Below are positions 9,531 to 18,733 of a DNA stretch of 64,000 nt, in pieces. The notes beneath the pieces are model-generated. The model worked only from the letters and a program-made list of their open reading frames with translations, was not told where the DNA came from and did not search any database. This DNA comes from Allomuricauda sp. GTDB lineage: Bacteria > Bacteroidota > Bacteroidia > Flavobacteriales > Flavobacteriaceae. Both the position numbers and the translations under genes were made by a program. The stretch lies in contig JAVJRL010000012.1 of the NCBI GenBank assembly GCA_040285615.1, positions 765,257 to 829,256 of the forward strand, in the 5' to 3' direction. Position 1 is the stretch's first letter. Every line of letters starts with the position of its first letter.

Positions 9531-10423
9531 TGGTGGATGTAATCTTGAAGTTTTTCAGGACCTTCCAATAAAACCCGAACAATTTGAAGTGTACCATCGG
9601 GCTTGGTATCAATATGCCATTTAATGAGGGCTATTGTTCCATTTTCAATCTCAATACCCGTGATGCTCCTTGGGTGAACACAGCTCCCATCATTAAAAAA
9701 AGGAATTTGACCAGGCTCTGGAAACCGAGGTCGATGTGTGTGCCCTGCAAGGGTAATAAGCAAGTTTTTCTTTAAAATCCAACGTTTGATACGCTTTTCA
9801 ATGCGGATAAGCTCTTTGTAGTTTTTGGCTGGACTGGTAGGGTCGGCAATACCCACCACCTGGAGGGGTTTCCATAATATGCGTACCAAAAACCTACCGA
9901 TACGCCAACACACATAATTCCACCAATCCGCTTGATGGCCGTGCACACAAAAAACTTCTTGTCCGGTATCCGAATGTTTTAAAATAAGTGCTTCATGATA
10001 GGTGATGCCTTCGAAAAGTTCTTTGTCGGAACCATCAATAGGTTCAAAATAATGGGAAAGATGTTTGTCCACATAATCAGGGTCTCTATACACCATATCG
10101 TGATTTCCCCAGAGCATATGGAGCCGCTTTTCCAAATGGAACCGTCGTAAAAGTTGATACACATTTTTATGCGCCTCAATAATAGAATCAAAACTTAGAT
10201 TTTCCCAAAGTTCATCTCCATCACCAAGCTCAATATAGGTGAAACCCTCTCTATAATAATGATTGAGGGCATGGAAATAGATGTTTCGGTTGTTGGCAAA
10301 GTCATCAGCAAAACTATTATCCCCGCGATGACAATCACTAAAAAAGATGAATTTGGAATCCTCATCGAATGGGATCGTCATTGCGTTTTTGTAGGCTCTT
10401 TCTAATCGGGTTGAAGAGGACAT
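9527..10423 (-). CDS. Metallophosphoesterase (calcineurin-like)
   Basis: ORF 9527..10579 would overlap the divergent gene. The ATG at 10423 (MSSSTRLERAY) removes that overlap. Motifs present are FFSDCHRGD, LGDGDELWEN, LWGNHDM, VHGHQAD and LAGHTHRP. Confidence 0.8.
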   Translation of the reverse strand: MSSSTRLERAYKNAMTIPFDEDSKFIFFSDCHRGDNSFADDFANNRNIYFHALNHYYREGFTYIELGDGDELWENLSFDSIIEAHKNVYQLLRRFHLEKRLHMLWGNHDMVYRDPDYVDKHLSHYFEPIDGSDKELFEGITYHEALILKHSDTGQEVFCVHGHQADWWNYVCWRIGRFLVRILWKPLQVVGIADPTSPAKNYKELIRIEKRIKRWILKKNLLITLAGHTHRPRFPEPGQIPFFNDGSCVHPRSITGIEIENGTIALIKWHIDTKPDGTLQIVRVLLEGPEKLQDYIHH

Positions 10424-10540
10424 GGAAAAGTTTTTGCTAATTATCCTTAAAAATGGTGATTTGCCCATAAAGATATCCATTAATGGGCATGCATTCCTAC
10501 TTTTTGTAACTTTGACGGCTAAACCTCGACTAACTTGGGA

Positions 10541-12916
10541 ATGAAACACGATTACCATTCGGAAAGCCCACTTGTTCAATTAGTAAGTTTCAACAAATTA
10601 TTGGAACATTATGATGAACAGCTTAGTAGCTCCAATTCACATGTTTCTGCAAGGGCAAAATATGTTTTGGAGATGCAAGCCCCGTATCCGGAATTGAGAG
10701 AAGGCTTTTCTGATTTGTCCTTGTTGGAAAAACACAAGGATGTGATTCGAGTGATTTTGGAGGACTCTTTTTCTCCAATTTTAACCAAGAATGAAATCAA
10801 GACTGCATCCACACCCTTTGAAAATTTGGTATTCAACTCTTCTGAGCGGTTTCGTCAAATCTTGAAAGATGCAGGGGAAGATTTTGACTTGGAAATAACC
10901 AATATACCTTACGAGTTCGGATACATTATGAGATGTACCGTAATCTTAAAGTTCTATTACGGCTATAATTTAGATTTTAGGCGTCCTTTCTTTTATGACA
11001 TACCAGACACTAATGGAGTGATGCGTAGGTACCGTATTTTGTACAATGCGGATTTTATGGAAATTATTCCAACCGACAAGGCCAAGGAGATTACACAAGA
11101 TGATGTGGATGAGTTGTTGGACAACTTTTACAACTTGGATTTGTGGAAAGAAAAAATACCACCAAATAGTTTTACCGCCAAAGGCTTTGTAATATCCAAT
11201 ATGTTCGATGTAACTGCCGAGCATTCCGTTTCGGAAATAAAGTCAACCTTGATAGGTAAGACCCAAAAGGGCAAAGAGTCCTTTATGGAAAGTTTCGAAG
11301 ATACCTTTAGGTCTTTTTTTAAACTAAATGATATTAAAGTAGGGTTCGCAGGATATGATTCAAGAGCCAATCACTTTTTTAAGATATATGGTAAGGGAAT
11401 GGACAGTTATATCCTTAATGGTAAGGATACAGAGATGTGTGATTCTACTTTTTGTAATTACTCCCATGGAAAACTGTTCAAAGAGAATAAGTATTTCGCT
11501 ATCTCCAATGTGGAGCAATATTATAAAAAAACGGAGGGTAAGGTTCAGCCCTATAAAAACTTAATGGATCAAGGCATTAAAAGTGCCATTTTGGCGCCAA
11601 TTTCTGTCAATGGAGAGCTGTTGGGTGTACTTGAGCTGGTTTCTGGTAAAGTGAACGAGCTGAATAGTGTTAACGCAAACAAGTTGGACGATGTAATGCC
11701 GTACATTATCGCGGCCGTAATGCGAACCATCGAGGAAGAAGAGAACTTAATTGATGCGGTTATTCAGCACGAGTGTACATCTGTGCATCCATCGGTATAT
11801 TGGAAGTTCCAGGAAGAAGCCAAACGGTTTATGGCAGACGAGTTGGCTGGCAATGAACCCATGTTCGAAGAAATTGTTTTCAAAGATGTATATCCATTAT
11901 ATGGTCAAATTGATATAAAGGATTCTGCAAAAGAACGTAATCTTGCCATCCAAAGAGATTTGATGATCCAGCTTTCTGAAATCAACGATGTTTTGGAGAT
12001 CGCTTTCAAAAAATACAAGCTTCCGATTTATGAGGAGTTGATGTTCAGAGTAAACAATTATTTGAACGAGGTTAAAGAGGCATTGTTTACCCATACGGAA
12101 CAAGCCGTCTTTGATTTTGTAAAAGAAGAGGTGGACCCCGTATTCAATCACCTTCAAAAAGAAGATGATGAAATTGCTGTGCTTTTGGATAAATATGGTG
12201 AGAAAATAGACAAGACCACCGAAAGTTATTACGATCATCGCAGAAATTACGATAATAGCGTAATGGAAGCCAATATGAAACTGGCTGCTCTTTTGGACAA
12301 AAAACAAGAGGAAGCCCAAGACATGTTCCCACATTATTTTGAGCGTTATAAAACCGATGGGGTGGAGCATAATATGTACATTGGAAGCTCAATTGCAAAG
12401 GACCAAGAATTCAACGAACTTTTCTTGAGTAATCTAAGGTTATGGCAGCTTCAGGTTATGTGCGAAATGGAGAATAAGTACTACGCCCTAAAGCCGCATC
12501 TTCCAGTTAAATTGGATGTGGCATCCTTGGTATTGGTATATAGCACTTCTCTGGCCATCCGTTTTAGAATGGATGAAAAACGATTTGATGTAGATGGCAC
12601 CTACAACGCCAGATATGAAGTCATCAAAAAACGAATAGATAAATCCTTTATTAAGGGGACCAACGAGCGCCTTACACAAAAAGGAAAACTTGCCATTGTG
12701 TACTCGCAACGCAAGGACGAGAAAGAATATCTGCGTTACATTAGTTTTTTAAAGGCCAAAGGATACTTTACCAACAACATTGAGATTGTTGAATTGGAAG
12801 GTGTTCAAGGTATCTCTGGATTAAAAGCGATACGAGCCGAGATTTTATATCAAAAGGATAAAAAATCAGAGCGTTCCTATACGTATGATGACCTTATGGA
12901 GGAATTAAGCTCTTGA
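10541..12916 (+). CDS. Large GAF domain-containing protein of unknown function
   Basis: ORF 10535..12916 starts at TTG and the first ATG is at 10541. A central GAF-like segment is present (IKSAILAPISVNGELLGVLELVSGKVNELN). The flanking 330-aa N-terminal and 400-aa C-terminal regions have no motif I can name. Confidence 0.65.
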   Translation: MKHDYHSESPLVQLVSFNKLLEHYDEQLSSSNSHVSARAKYVLEMQAPYPELREGFSDLSLLEKHKDVIRVILEDSFSPILTKNEIKTASTPFENLVFNSSERFRQILKDAGEDFDLEITNIPYEFGYIMRCTVILKFYYGYNLDFRRPFFYDIPDTNGVMRRYRILYNADFMEIIPTDKAKEITQDDVDELLDNFYNLDLWKEKIPPNSFTAKGFVISNMFDVTAEHSVSEIKSTLIGKTQKGKESFMESFEDTFRSFFKLNDIKVGFAGYDSRANHFFKIYGKGMDSYILNGKDTEMCDSTFCNYSHGKLFKENKYFAISNVEQYYKKTEGKVQPYKNLMDQGIKSAILAPISVNGELLGVLELVSGKVNELNSVNANKLDDVMPYIIAAVMRTIEEEENLIDAVIQHECTSVHPSVYWKFQEEAKRFMADELAGNEPMFEEIVFKDVYPLYGQIDIKDSAKERNLAIQRDLMIQLSEINDVLEIAFKKYKLPIYEELMFRVNNYLNEVKEALFTHTEQAVFDFVKEEVDPVFNHLQKEDDEIAVLLDKYGEKIDKTTESYYDHRRNYDNSVMEANMKLAALLDKKQEEAQDMFPHYFERYKTDGVEHNMYIGSSIAKDQEFNELFLSNLRLWQLQVMCEMENKYYALKPHLPVKLDVASLVLVYSTSLAIRFRMDEKRFDVDGTYNARYEVIKKRIDKSFIKGTNERLTQKGKLAIVYSQRKDEKEYLRYISFLKAKGYFTNNIEIVELEGVQGISGLKAIRAEILYQKDKKSERSYTYDDLMEELSS

Positions 12917-12917
12917 G

Positions 12918-14111
12918 TTAGAAAATCAATCTCTCCGGGCCAAAAAACCGAAAGGCAATACCAAAGGCAATAACAGATATAATGATACCGAACATAAAAA
13001 TGTTGTAGGTTAAACGCAGTATCTTATATTTTCTATTTAAAACAATACCCAAATAGTAGAGGTCTTTTGTAAGTGAGGAGTACACATAGTCTTTATCCTT
13101 TACCAGTTCTTGTACCGCTGACTGATATTCCTCAAGACCCATTTGGTGGAAGTTCCCAAAGAACAATAGGTTCACCCTTCTTTTTTCCACATCTTCCTTG
13201 GTGAATTTACCGCTTGTGATATTGGGCCGGGTAGCCAACACGGACAGGACCATAGAAACAACGCTGAACAGGATTAATATAAATGTGGGATAAATCATAT
13301 AGGTGTTGGATGGATTGTCCAATTTGGTAAGTAAGTTGGCCAATACAAGTGAAATAATAATGGCATTCACGGATAACAATATGTTTGCCTTTGTGTCTGC
13401 AATATCACTAAGTTTTAGGTGATTTCTCAAAGTTACTCGATACAAGGTCTGTACACTTCTATCAGGGCTTTCACTTTTATATTTTGCTTTTAAAGCTTCC
13501 TTTTTGGCAATCTTTTTTTCAGCCTTTTTCTCTTTGAGTAGTTTTTTTAGATTTTGTTGTTTTCCCTCTTCCCAATTCTCTTTAGCATAGTCCGTGAAAA
13601 AATTATGCTTTGTTCGGAACATTTTAATGTTCTTGTCCCTCCATTCTTTGGCGGAATAATCAGCAACTCCTAATTCTTTGAGTTCCTCTTTTAAAAAATC
13701 GGTGGTTTCCCAATAACTTTTCTTGGCAAAATGGGATATATCCGCATCCCTGATGATTCCTTCCAAGAGGTTCGAGGGCTCGTTGCACATTTTTGTTGCC
13801 ATAATCAACGAACATACTTGCTCGATACCTTTAGGGTCGTAGCCATTTTTATCGAGAAAGTCTCTGGCAATTGCACAGCTATTTTCTTCATGGTCTTCAC
13901 AACCTTTTATATGGCCAACATCGTGGAACCATGAGGCTAGCAATAATCTCTCGTTTTCAACCTCTTCAAGATTATAATAATTGAGCAATTCTTTAGTACT
14001 TTTAACCACTCGTTGGGTATGTCGCAAGTTGTGGTACAAGAACCTGGAATCAAGCTTTTCCGTTAACAGTTTAGAAACGAAGTGTTTAGTTTTTTCAACA
14101 ATTTCCGACAT
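12918..14111 (-). CDS. HD-domain phosphohydrolase fused to a Pycsar-effector-like (DUF5706-type) transmembrane domain
   Basis: The N-terminus has HD motifs (YHNLRHTQRV, SWFHDVGH, RDADISH). A Lys-rich linker follows. The C-terminus has LYRVTLRNHLKLSDIADTKANILLSVNAIIISLVLANLL plus two further TM helices. I recognise this as the membrane module of PycTM-type effectors. Confidence 0.7.
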   Translation of the reverse strand: MSEIVEKTKHFVSKLLTEKLDSRFLYHNLRHTQRVVKSTKELLNYYNLEEVENERLLLASWFHDVGHIKGCEDHEENSCAIARDFLDKNGYDPKGIEQVCSLIMATKMCNEPSNLLEGIIRDADISHFAKKSYWETTDFLKEELKELGVADYSAKEWRDKNIKMFRTKHNFFTDYAKENWEEGKQQNLKKLLKEKKAEKKIAKKEALKAKYKSESPDRSVQTLYRVTLRNHLKLSDIADTKANILLSVNAIIISLVLANLLTKLDNPSNTYMIYPTFILILFSVVSMVLSVLATRPNITSGKFTKEDVEKRRVNLLFFGNFHQMGLEEYQSAVQELVKDKDYVYSSLTKDLYYLGIVLNRKYKILRLTYNIFMFGIIISVIAFGIAFRFFGPERLIF

Positions 14112-14165
14112 ATATCCAAATTAGGACATCCAAATTACAAAATTTTGGAATCAACCTTGTCGGAT

Positions 14166-17100
14166 ATGAAGAAACATTACCTACTACTCTTATTGATTGT
14201 TTTGGTGCATGGTTGTGCTACCTATGAAACCAAATACGCCGAGCCTTTTTCTGTAACTACTGGATTGGTTGAAAGGGAGTTGGAGCATACTTTTTATTTG
14301 ATTGGTGACGCGGGTAAATCTCCAATGGGTGACTTGAACCCTACCTTAAAAAGGTTTAAAAATGTTCTTGATGTTGCTGATAACAACAGTACTGCAATTT
14401 TCTTGGGAGATAACATATATCCGGCAGGGTTTGTAGATAAGGATGGTGACCGTGATGGTTATGAACGCTCCAAACACTATTTGGATGCCCAGTTGGCCAC
14501 CTTGGAAAATTTTAAGGGAAATACCATTTTTATTCCAGGTAATCACGATTGGTACAGCAATGGCTTAAAAGGTCTTAAAAGGGAGGAAGAATATGTTGAG
14601 GATGTATTGGATGATAATGAAGCATTTCAACCAGAAAATGGTTGTCCTATCGAAGACATTGAAATCAATGAAAATACAATGGTCATTGCCATAGATACAG
14701 AATGGTATCTCGTTAATTGGGACAAGCACCCGACCATGAACGATGAGTGTGAAATAAAGGATAGGGGTCGCTTTTTTGAAGAACTGGAGAGTTTGATCAA
14801 AAAGAACAGGGATAAAACGGTAATCATTGCTATGCACCACCCAATGTTTTCCTATGGTTCCCATGGTGGTCAATTTTCCTTTAAACAAGGCATGTATCCC
14901 AGTGGAGGAAAGGTGCCATTACCCATTTTAGGGTCCGCAGTCAATCTATTGAGAAAAACTTCTGGTGCTACATCGGAGGACTTATCCAATAAAAGGTACA
15001 ATGAATTAAAAAACAGGATACTCACCCTTTCACAATACTCGGATAAGATAATTTTTGCCTCAGGGCACGAACATACCCTCCAATACATCGAGGAGTATGG
15101 AAAACCTCAGATCGTAAGTGGTTCTGGATCAAAAACGGGAGCAACCCGATTGTTGAACGGTAGTAAGTTTTCAACCGGAAGAAATGGCTATGCCATATTA
15201 AAAGTATATAAAGATGGCTCATCCCAGGTTGAGTTTTATGGTGCTAATACCCATTCAACCGCCTTGTTATATCAAACAGAAGTGCTTCCACCCGATAGGT
15301 CAGATAAAAAAATAGAACTTTCTGATGATTTTCCTGCATACAAAATGGCATCCGTTTATTCTCCCGAAGAGATTGATAAAAGTGGATTCCATAAATGGTT
15401 GTGGGGTCTGCGATATAGAAAGTATTATGCTACCAAAGTTAAAGCTCCTACCGTACGTTTAGACACCCTTTTCGGTGGCTTGACCGTTGTTCGTAAGGGT
15501 GGTGGTAACCAATCGAACTCTTTGCGACTGGCAGATCGGGAAGGTAGGGAATATGTGATGAGGGGTTTGCGAAAAAGTGCTGAAAGATACTTGCAGGCCA
15601 TTGCCTTCCAAGATCAATACATTATTGGACAATTTGAGGATACCTACACGGAAAAATTGTTGTTGGACCTGTATACGGGTGCACATCCCTATGCTCCTTT
15701 TACTATGGGTAAACTATCGGATGCTCTTGGAATGTTCCATACCAACCCAAAGCTGTATTACGTTCCCAAGCAATCTGTTTTGGGGGATTTTAATAAGAAG
15801 TTTGGAGATGAGTTGTATATGATAGAAGAGCATGTTTCCGATGATCATGATAATTTGGAAAGCTTTGGTTACACCAAAAAAATCGAGAGCACCTACGACC
15901 TTATGGACAAACTCAGGGAAGATGAGGAGTACAGCATCGACCAAAAGGAATATGTTAAAGCTCGTCTTTTTGACATTCTTGTCGGAGATTGGGATAGGCA
16001 CGTAGATCAATGGAGGTGGGCAGAATTTGAGACTGAAGATGGAAACAAAGTGTACAAACCAATCGCCAGGGACAGAGATCAGGTGTTTTCCCGATGGGGT
16101 GATGGCCTTATCATGAAATTTGGGTCCAGAACGGTTCCAGCACTTCGTATTTTTGAAGGGTTTCATGAGAAAATAAGAAGCGTAGAAGGATTTACTTCCT
16201 CACCAAGAACGTTTGCCTTGGATATGGCCCTGCTATCGGAAACGGATTTGAAGATGTGGATAGATCAGGCCAAGTTTATTCAGCAAAAATTAAATGAAGA
16301 AATTATTGATGATGCGTTTTTGGCCTTCCCTGAAGAAGTTAGGGATGAAACTTTGACCGAAATCAAAAATATACTTCTGGCCAGAAAGAAAAACCTGGTC
16401 CAAACAGCCATGGACTACTATGCAGTTTTGAATAAGTATATTGTTGTCACGGGAACGGATAAAGACGATTATTTTAATATTGTTTCCCTTCCCAATGGAG
16501 ATATTGAAGTAAGCGCCTATAGAATTAAAGGGGGTGACTATACGGATTTGTTCTTCAATAAAGTATATAGCCCAGATTATACCAAAGAGATTTGGATCTA
16601 TGGTTTGGATGATGATGATGTGTTCAATGCAAAAACAGAAACATCAAAAATAAAAGTGCGCATTGTTGGTGGACAGAACAATGATGTTTATAAAATTTCC
16701 GAAAACTCCAAAAAACTGCTGGTTTACGATTTCAAGTCCAAGAAAAATACCTTGGATAGTGCTTATGGGGGAAAAATCAACTTGATAAATGATTACAATA
16801 CCAATACTTACGAGTTTTTAAATATTAAAGCGAGTAATAACCAAGTACTGCCTACAATTGGTTTTAATCCAGATGACGGGGTTAGAATAGGGTTGACCGA
16901 TACCTATACATTTAATGGGTTCAGAAAAAATCCGTTTACACAACAACATACGTTTAATGCGGCCTATTATTTTGCAACCAATGGTTTTGACCTCGGATAT
17001 ACGGGGGAGTTTGCTCATGTGTTTAATAAGGTAAACTTAGAGCTACATGCCCTATTTACCAGTCCCAATTTTACCAGAAATTTTTTCGGTTTCGGAAATG

Positions 17101-17879
17101 AAACTGTTAATAATGACGATGATGAACCTAAGGGATTGGATTACAACAGGGTCCGAATACGAACCCTTAAGTTTGCACCTTCATTGGTATGGCGTGGATT
17201 TTTCGGTTCCAAAGTGCGTTTGGGTGTAGCTTACGAGAATATTGAGATTGAAGAAACTCAAGATAGGTTTATCAATGAGTTTTATTTGGAGAATGGAGAG
17301 GAAAATCATTTGAGTTTCTTTGGCGTTGATGCTGAATACAGCTATTCCAACACCGATAACGAGGCATTTCCAACGTTGGGAATGGCGTTTGCTTTGGAAG
17401 GTGGTTTTAAGACCAATCTAGATGAATCATCACGGTCGTTTGGGTATGTAATTCCATCATTTTCCTTGGACCATAAAATTACTGCAGATGGCCGATTCGT
17501 CTTGGCCACTAAGTTCCAAGGGCATTTTACTATTGGGAATGGCTACGAATTTTATCAAGCTGCCAGCATTGGTGGCGACAACGGTCTTCGTGGCTTCCGT
17601 TTCCAACGGTTCTCAGGTAAAACGGCATATTTTCAAAATACAGATTTACGATATAGTTTTAGGCGTACAAAGACAGGTGTTCTTCCCGTAACCCCTGGTG
17701 TTTATGGAGGGTTCGATTATGGTCGCGTTTGGTTTCCTGGCGAAGATTCAGACAAATGGCACAATTCTTATGGAGGTGGATTTTTCTTGAACGGTGCAGA
17801 TGTGCTGTCTGCTAATTTTGGATTATTTAATAGTGCGGATGGACTACGTTTTGCCTTTGGCCTTGGATTTGGATTTTAA
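14166..17879 (+). CDS. Outer-membrane metallophosphoesterase-Omp85 fusion protein
   Basis: ORF 14082..17879. The ATG at 14166 gives the lipobox MKKHYLLLLLIVLVHGC. The N-terminal metallophosphoesterase motifs are IGDAGK, FLGDNIYPAG, IPGNHDW, AMHHP and ASGHEH. The C-terminus is a surface-antigen/Omp85-type barrel (GLRGFRFQRFSGKTAYFQNTDLRYSF...) ending in GLGFGF. Confidence 0.75.
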   Translation: MKKHYLLLLLIVLVHGCATYETKYAEPFSVTTGLVERELEHTFYLIGDAGKSPMGDLNPTLKRFKNVLDVADNNSTAIFLGDNIYPAGFVDKDGDRDGYERSKHYLDAQLATLENFKGNTIFIPGNHDWYSNGLKGLKREEEYVEDVLDDNEAFQPENGCPIEDIEINENTMVIAIDTEWYLVNWDKHPTMNDECEIKDRGRFFEELESLIKKNRDKTVIIAMHHPMFSYGSHGGQFSFKQGMYPSGGKVPLPILGSAVNLLRKTSGATSEDLSNKRYNELKNRILTLSQYSDKIIFASGHEHTLQYIEEYGKPQIVSGSGSKTGATRLLNGSKFSTGRNGYAILKVYKDGSSQVEFYGANTHSTALLYQTEVLPPDRSDKKIELSDDFPAYKMASVYSPEEIDKSGFHKWLWGLRYRKYYATKVKAPTVRLDTLFGGLTVVRKGGGNQSNSLRLADREGREYVMRGLRKSAERYLQAIAFQDQYIIGQFEDTYTEKLLLDLYTGAHPYAPFTMGKLSDALGMFHTNPKLYYVPKQSVLGDFNKKFGDELYMIEEHVSDDHDNLESFGYTKKIESTYDLMDKLREDEEYSIDQKEYVKARLFDILVGDWDRHVDQWRWAEFETEDGNKVYKPIARDRDQVFSRWGDGLIMKFGSRTVPALRIFEGFHEKIRSVEGFTSSPRTFALDMALLSETDLKMWIDQAKFIQQKLNEEIIDDAFLAFPEEVRDETLTEIKNILLARKKNLVQTAMDYYAVLNKYIVVTGTDKDDYFNIVSLPNGDIEVSAYRIKGGDYTDLFFNKVYSPDYTKEIWIYGLDDDDVFNAKTETSKIKVRIVGGQNNDVYKISENSKKLLVYDFKSKKNTLDSAYGGKINLINDYNTNTYEFLNIKASNNQVLPTIGFNPDDGVRIGLTDTYTFNGFRKNPFTQQHTFNAAYYFATNGFDLGYTGEFAHVFNKVNLELHALFTSPNFTRNFFGFGNETVNNDDDEPKGLDYNRVRIRTLKFAPSLVWRGFFGSKVRLGVAYENIEIEETQDRFINEFYLENGEENHLSFFGVDAEYSYSNTDNEAFPTLGMAFALEGGFKTNLDESSRSFGYVIPSFSLDHKITADGRFVLATKFQGHFTIGNGYEFYQAASIGGDNGLRGFRFQRFSGKTAYFQNTDLRYSFRRTKTGVLPVTPGVYGGFDYGRVWFPGEDSDKWHNSYGGGFFLNGADVLSANFGLFNSADGLRFAFGLGFGF

Positions 17880-18733
17880 TCCAATTTCAACTCATAAAGT
17901 TTTCGTCCCCCGAATCTGTTCTCTTCATCGGCGATCAAGAGTGTATTGTTGTTCGTAAAACAAATCGATTCAACCTGAGTGTCAGTTTTTAAATCAATTA
18001 TTTTTATTGATGCTTTGGTCAAGTCCGGAACGTTAAAATCCGTTAGTAAAAATACGAACCCATAGCTTAATAAGGCTATGGTGTTGCCATTCGGAGAAAT
18101 ATCGGCGCTAGTCACCGAGCAATGGTCTTGGTCGGCACATAAGAACAACGAGCCCAAAAATTCTGCCTCGTATTTCCCTTTCTTGTCCGGTACACGATAA
18201 ATCAAAGTGTTTCCAGAGTATGGCCTTGTACGATTTTTAGTGAAGATGTATAGATGGTCATTTAGGTGAAAAAACCCTTCTGTATCAAAATAAAGACTGT
18301 CTTTTTTGGGTGGGAAATCTTTTTGTTGCGGGTAGTTGAATTCAATCTTGTCGGCGTTTGGTTCCTTTTTGTCCATTTGGTCTTTTGGAACCTTATAAAT
18401 GGTTAAATCCTCACGTTCATTCGCATTATTGCCAAAATCCCCTATATAAAGATTGCCGGCATCATCCATGGTCAAATCTTCCCAATCTTTGTTTTTGGCG
18501 TGGTCAATCTTTAATGATTCTTTGATGTCCCCATCCTTGTCTACCCTATATATTTTATCCTTATTGCCACTGTCCTCAATCACCCAGATTTTACCGTCAT
18601 TGGTAATCTCCATGCCAGAAACTTCTTTTAGTTTGGAGGGGAATTTGCCCAACTTATCCAATTCGCCCAAATAAGTTGTTTGGGCACAGGCTTGTGCTAC
18701 GATTAATAAAAAAACAGGGATGAGTTTATTCAC
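17876..18733 (-). CDS. Hypothetical secreted protein, beta-propeller-like (resembles the SdiA-regulated/phytase-like fold)
   Basis: The signal peptide is MNKLIPVFLLIVAQACAQ. Repeated motifs such as EVSGMEIT..KIWVIEDSGN..IYRVDKDG and DAGNLYIGDFGNN are present. The start overlaps the upstream gene's stop by 8 nt, which suggests operon linkage. Confidence 0.4.
   Translation of the reverse strand: MNKLIPVFLLIVAQACAQTTYLGELDKLGKFPSKLKEVSGMEITNDGKIWVIEDSGNKDKIYRVDKDGDIKESLKIDHAKNKDWEDLTMDDAGNLYIGDFGNNANEREDLTIYKVPKDQMDKKEPNADKIEFNYPQQKDFPPKKDSLYFDTEGFFHLNDHLYIFTKNRTRPYSGNTLIYRVPDKKGKYEAEFLGSLFLCADQDHCSVTSADISPNGNTIALLSYGFVFLLTDFNVPDLTKASIKIIDLKTDTQVESICFTNNNTLLIADEENRFGGRKLYELKLD

Noticed and set aside
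12918-14111. A complete Pycsar anti-phage system.
   Set aside because: Only an effector-like membrane domain is present. I can recognise no pyrimidine or nucleotide cyclase gene within the window, and the surrounding genes look like core chromosome. I report it as an orphan fusion, not as a defence system.
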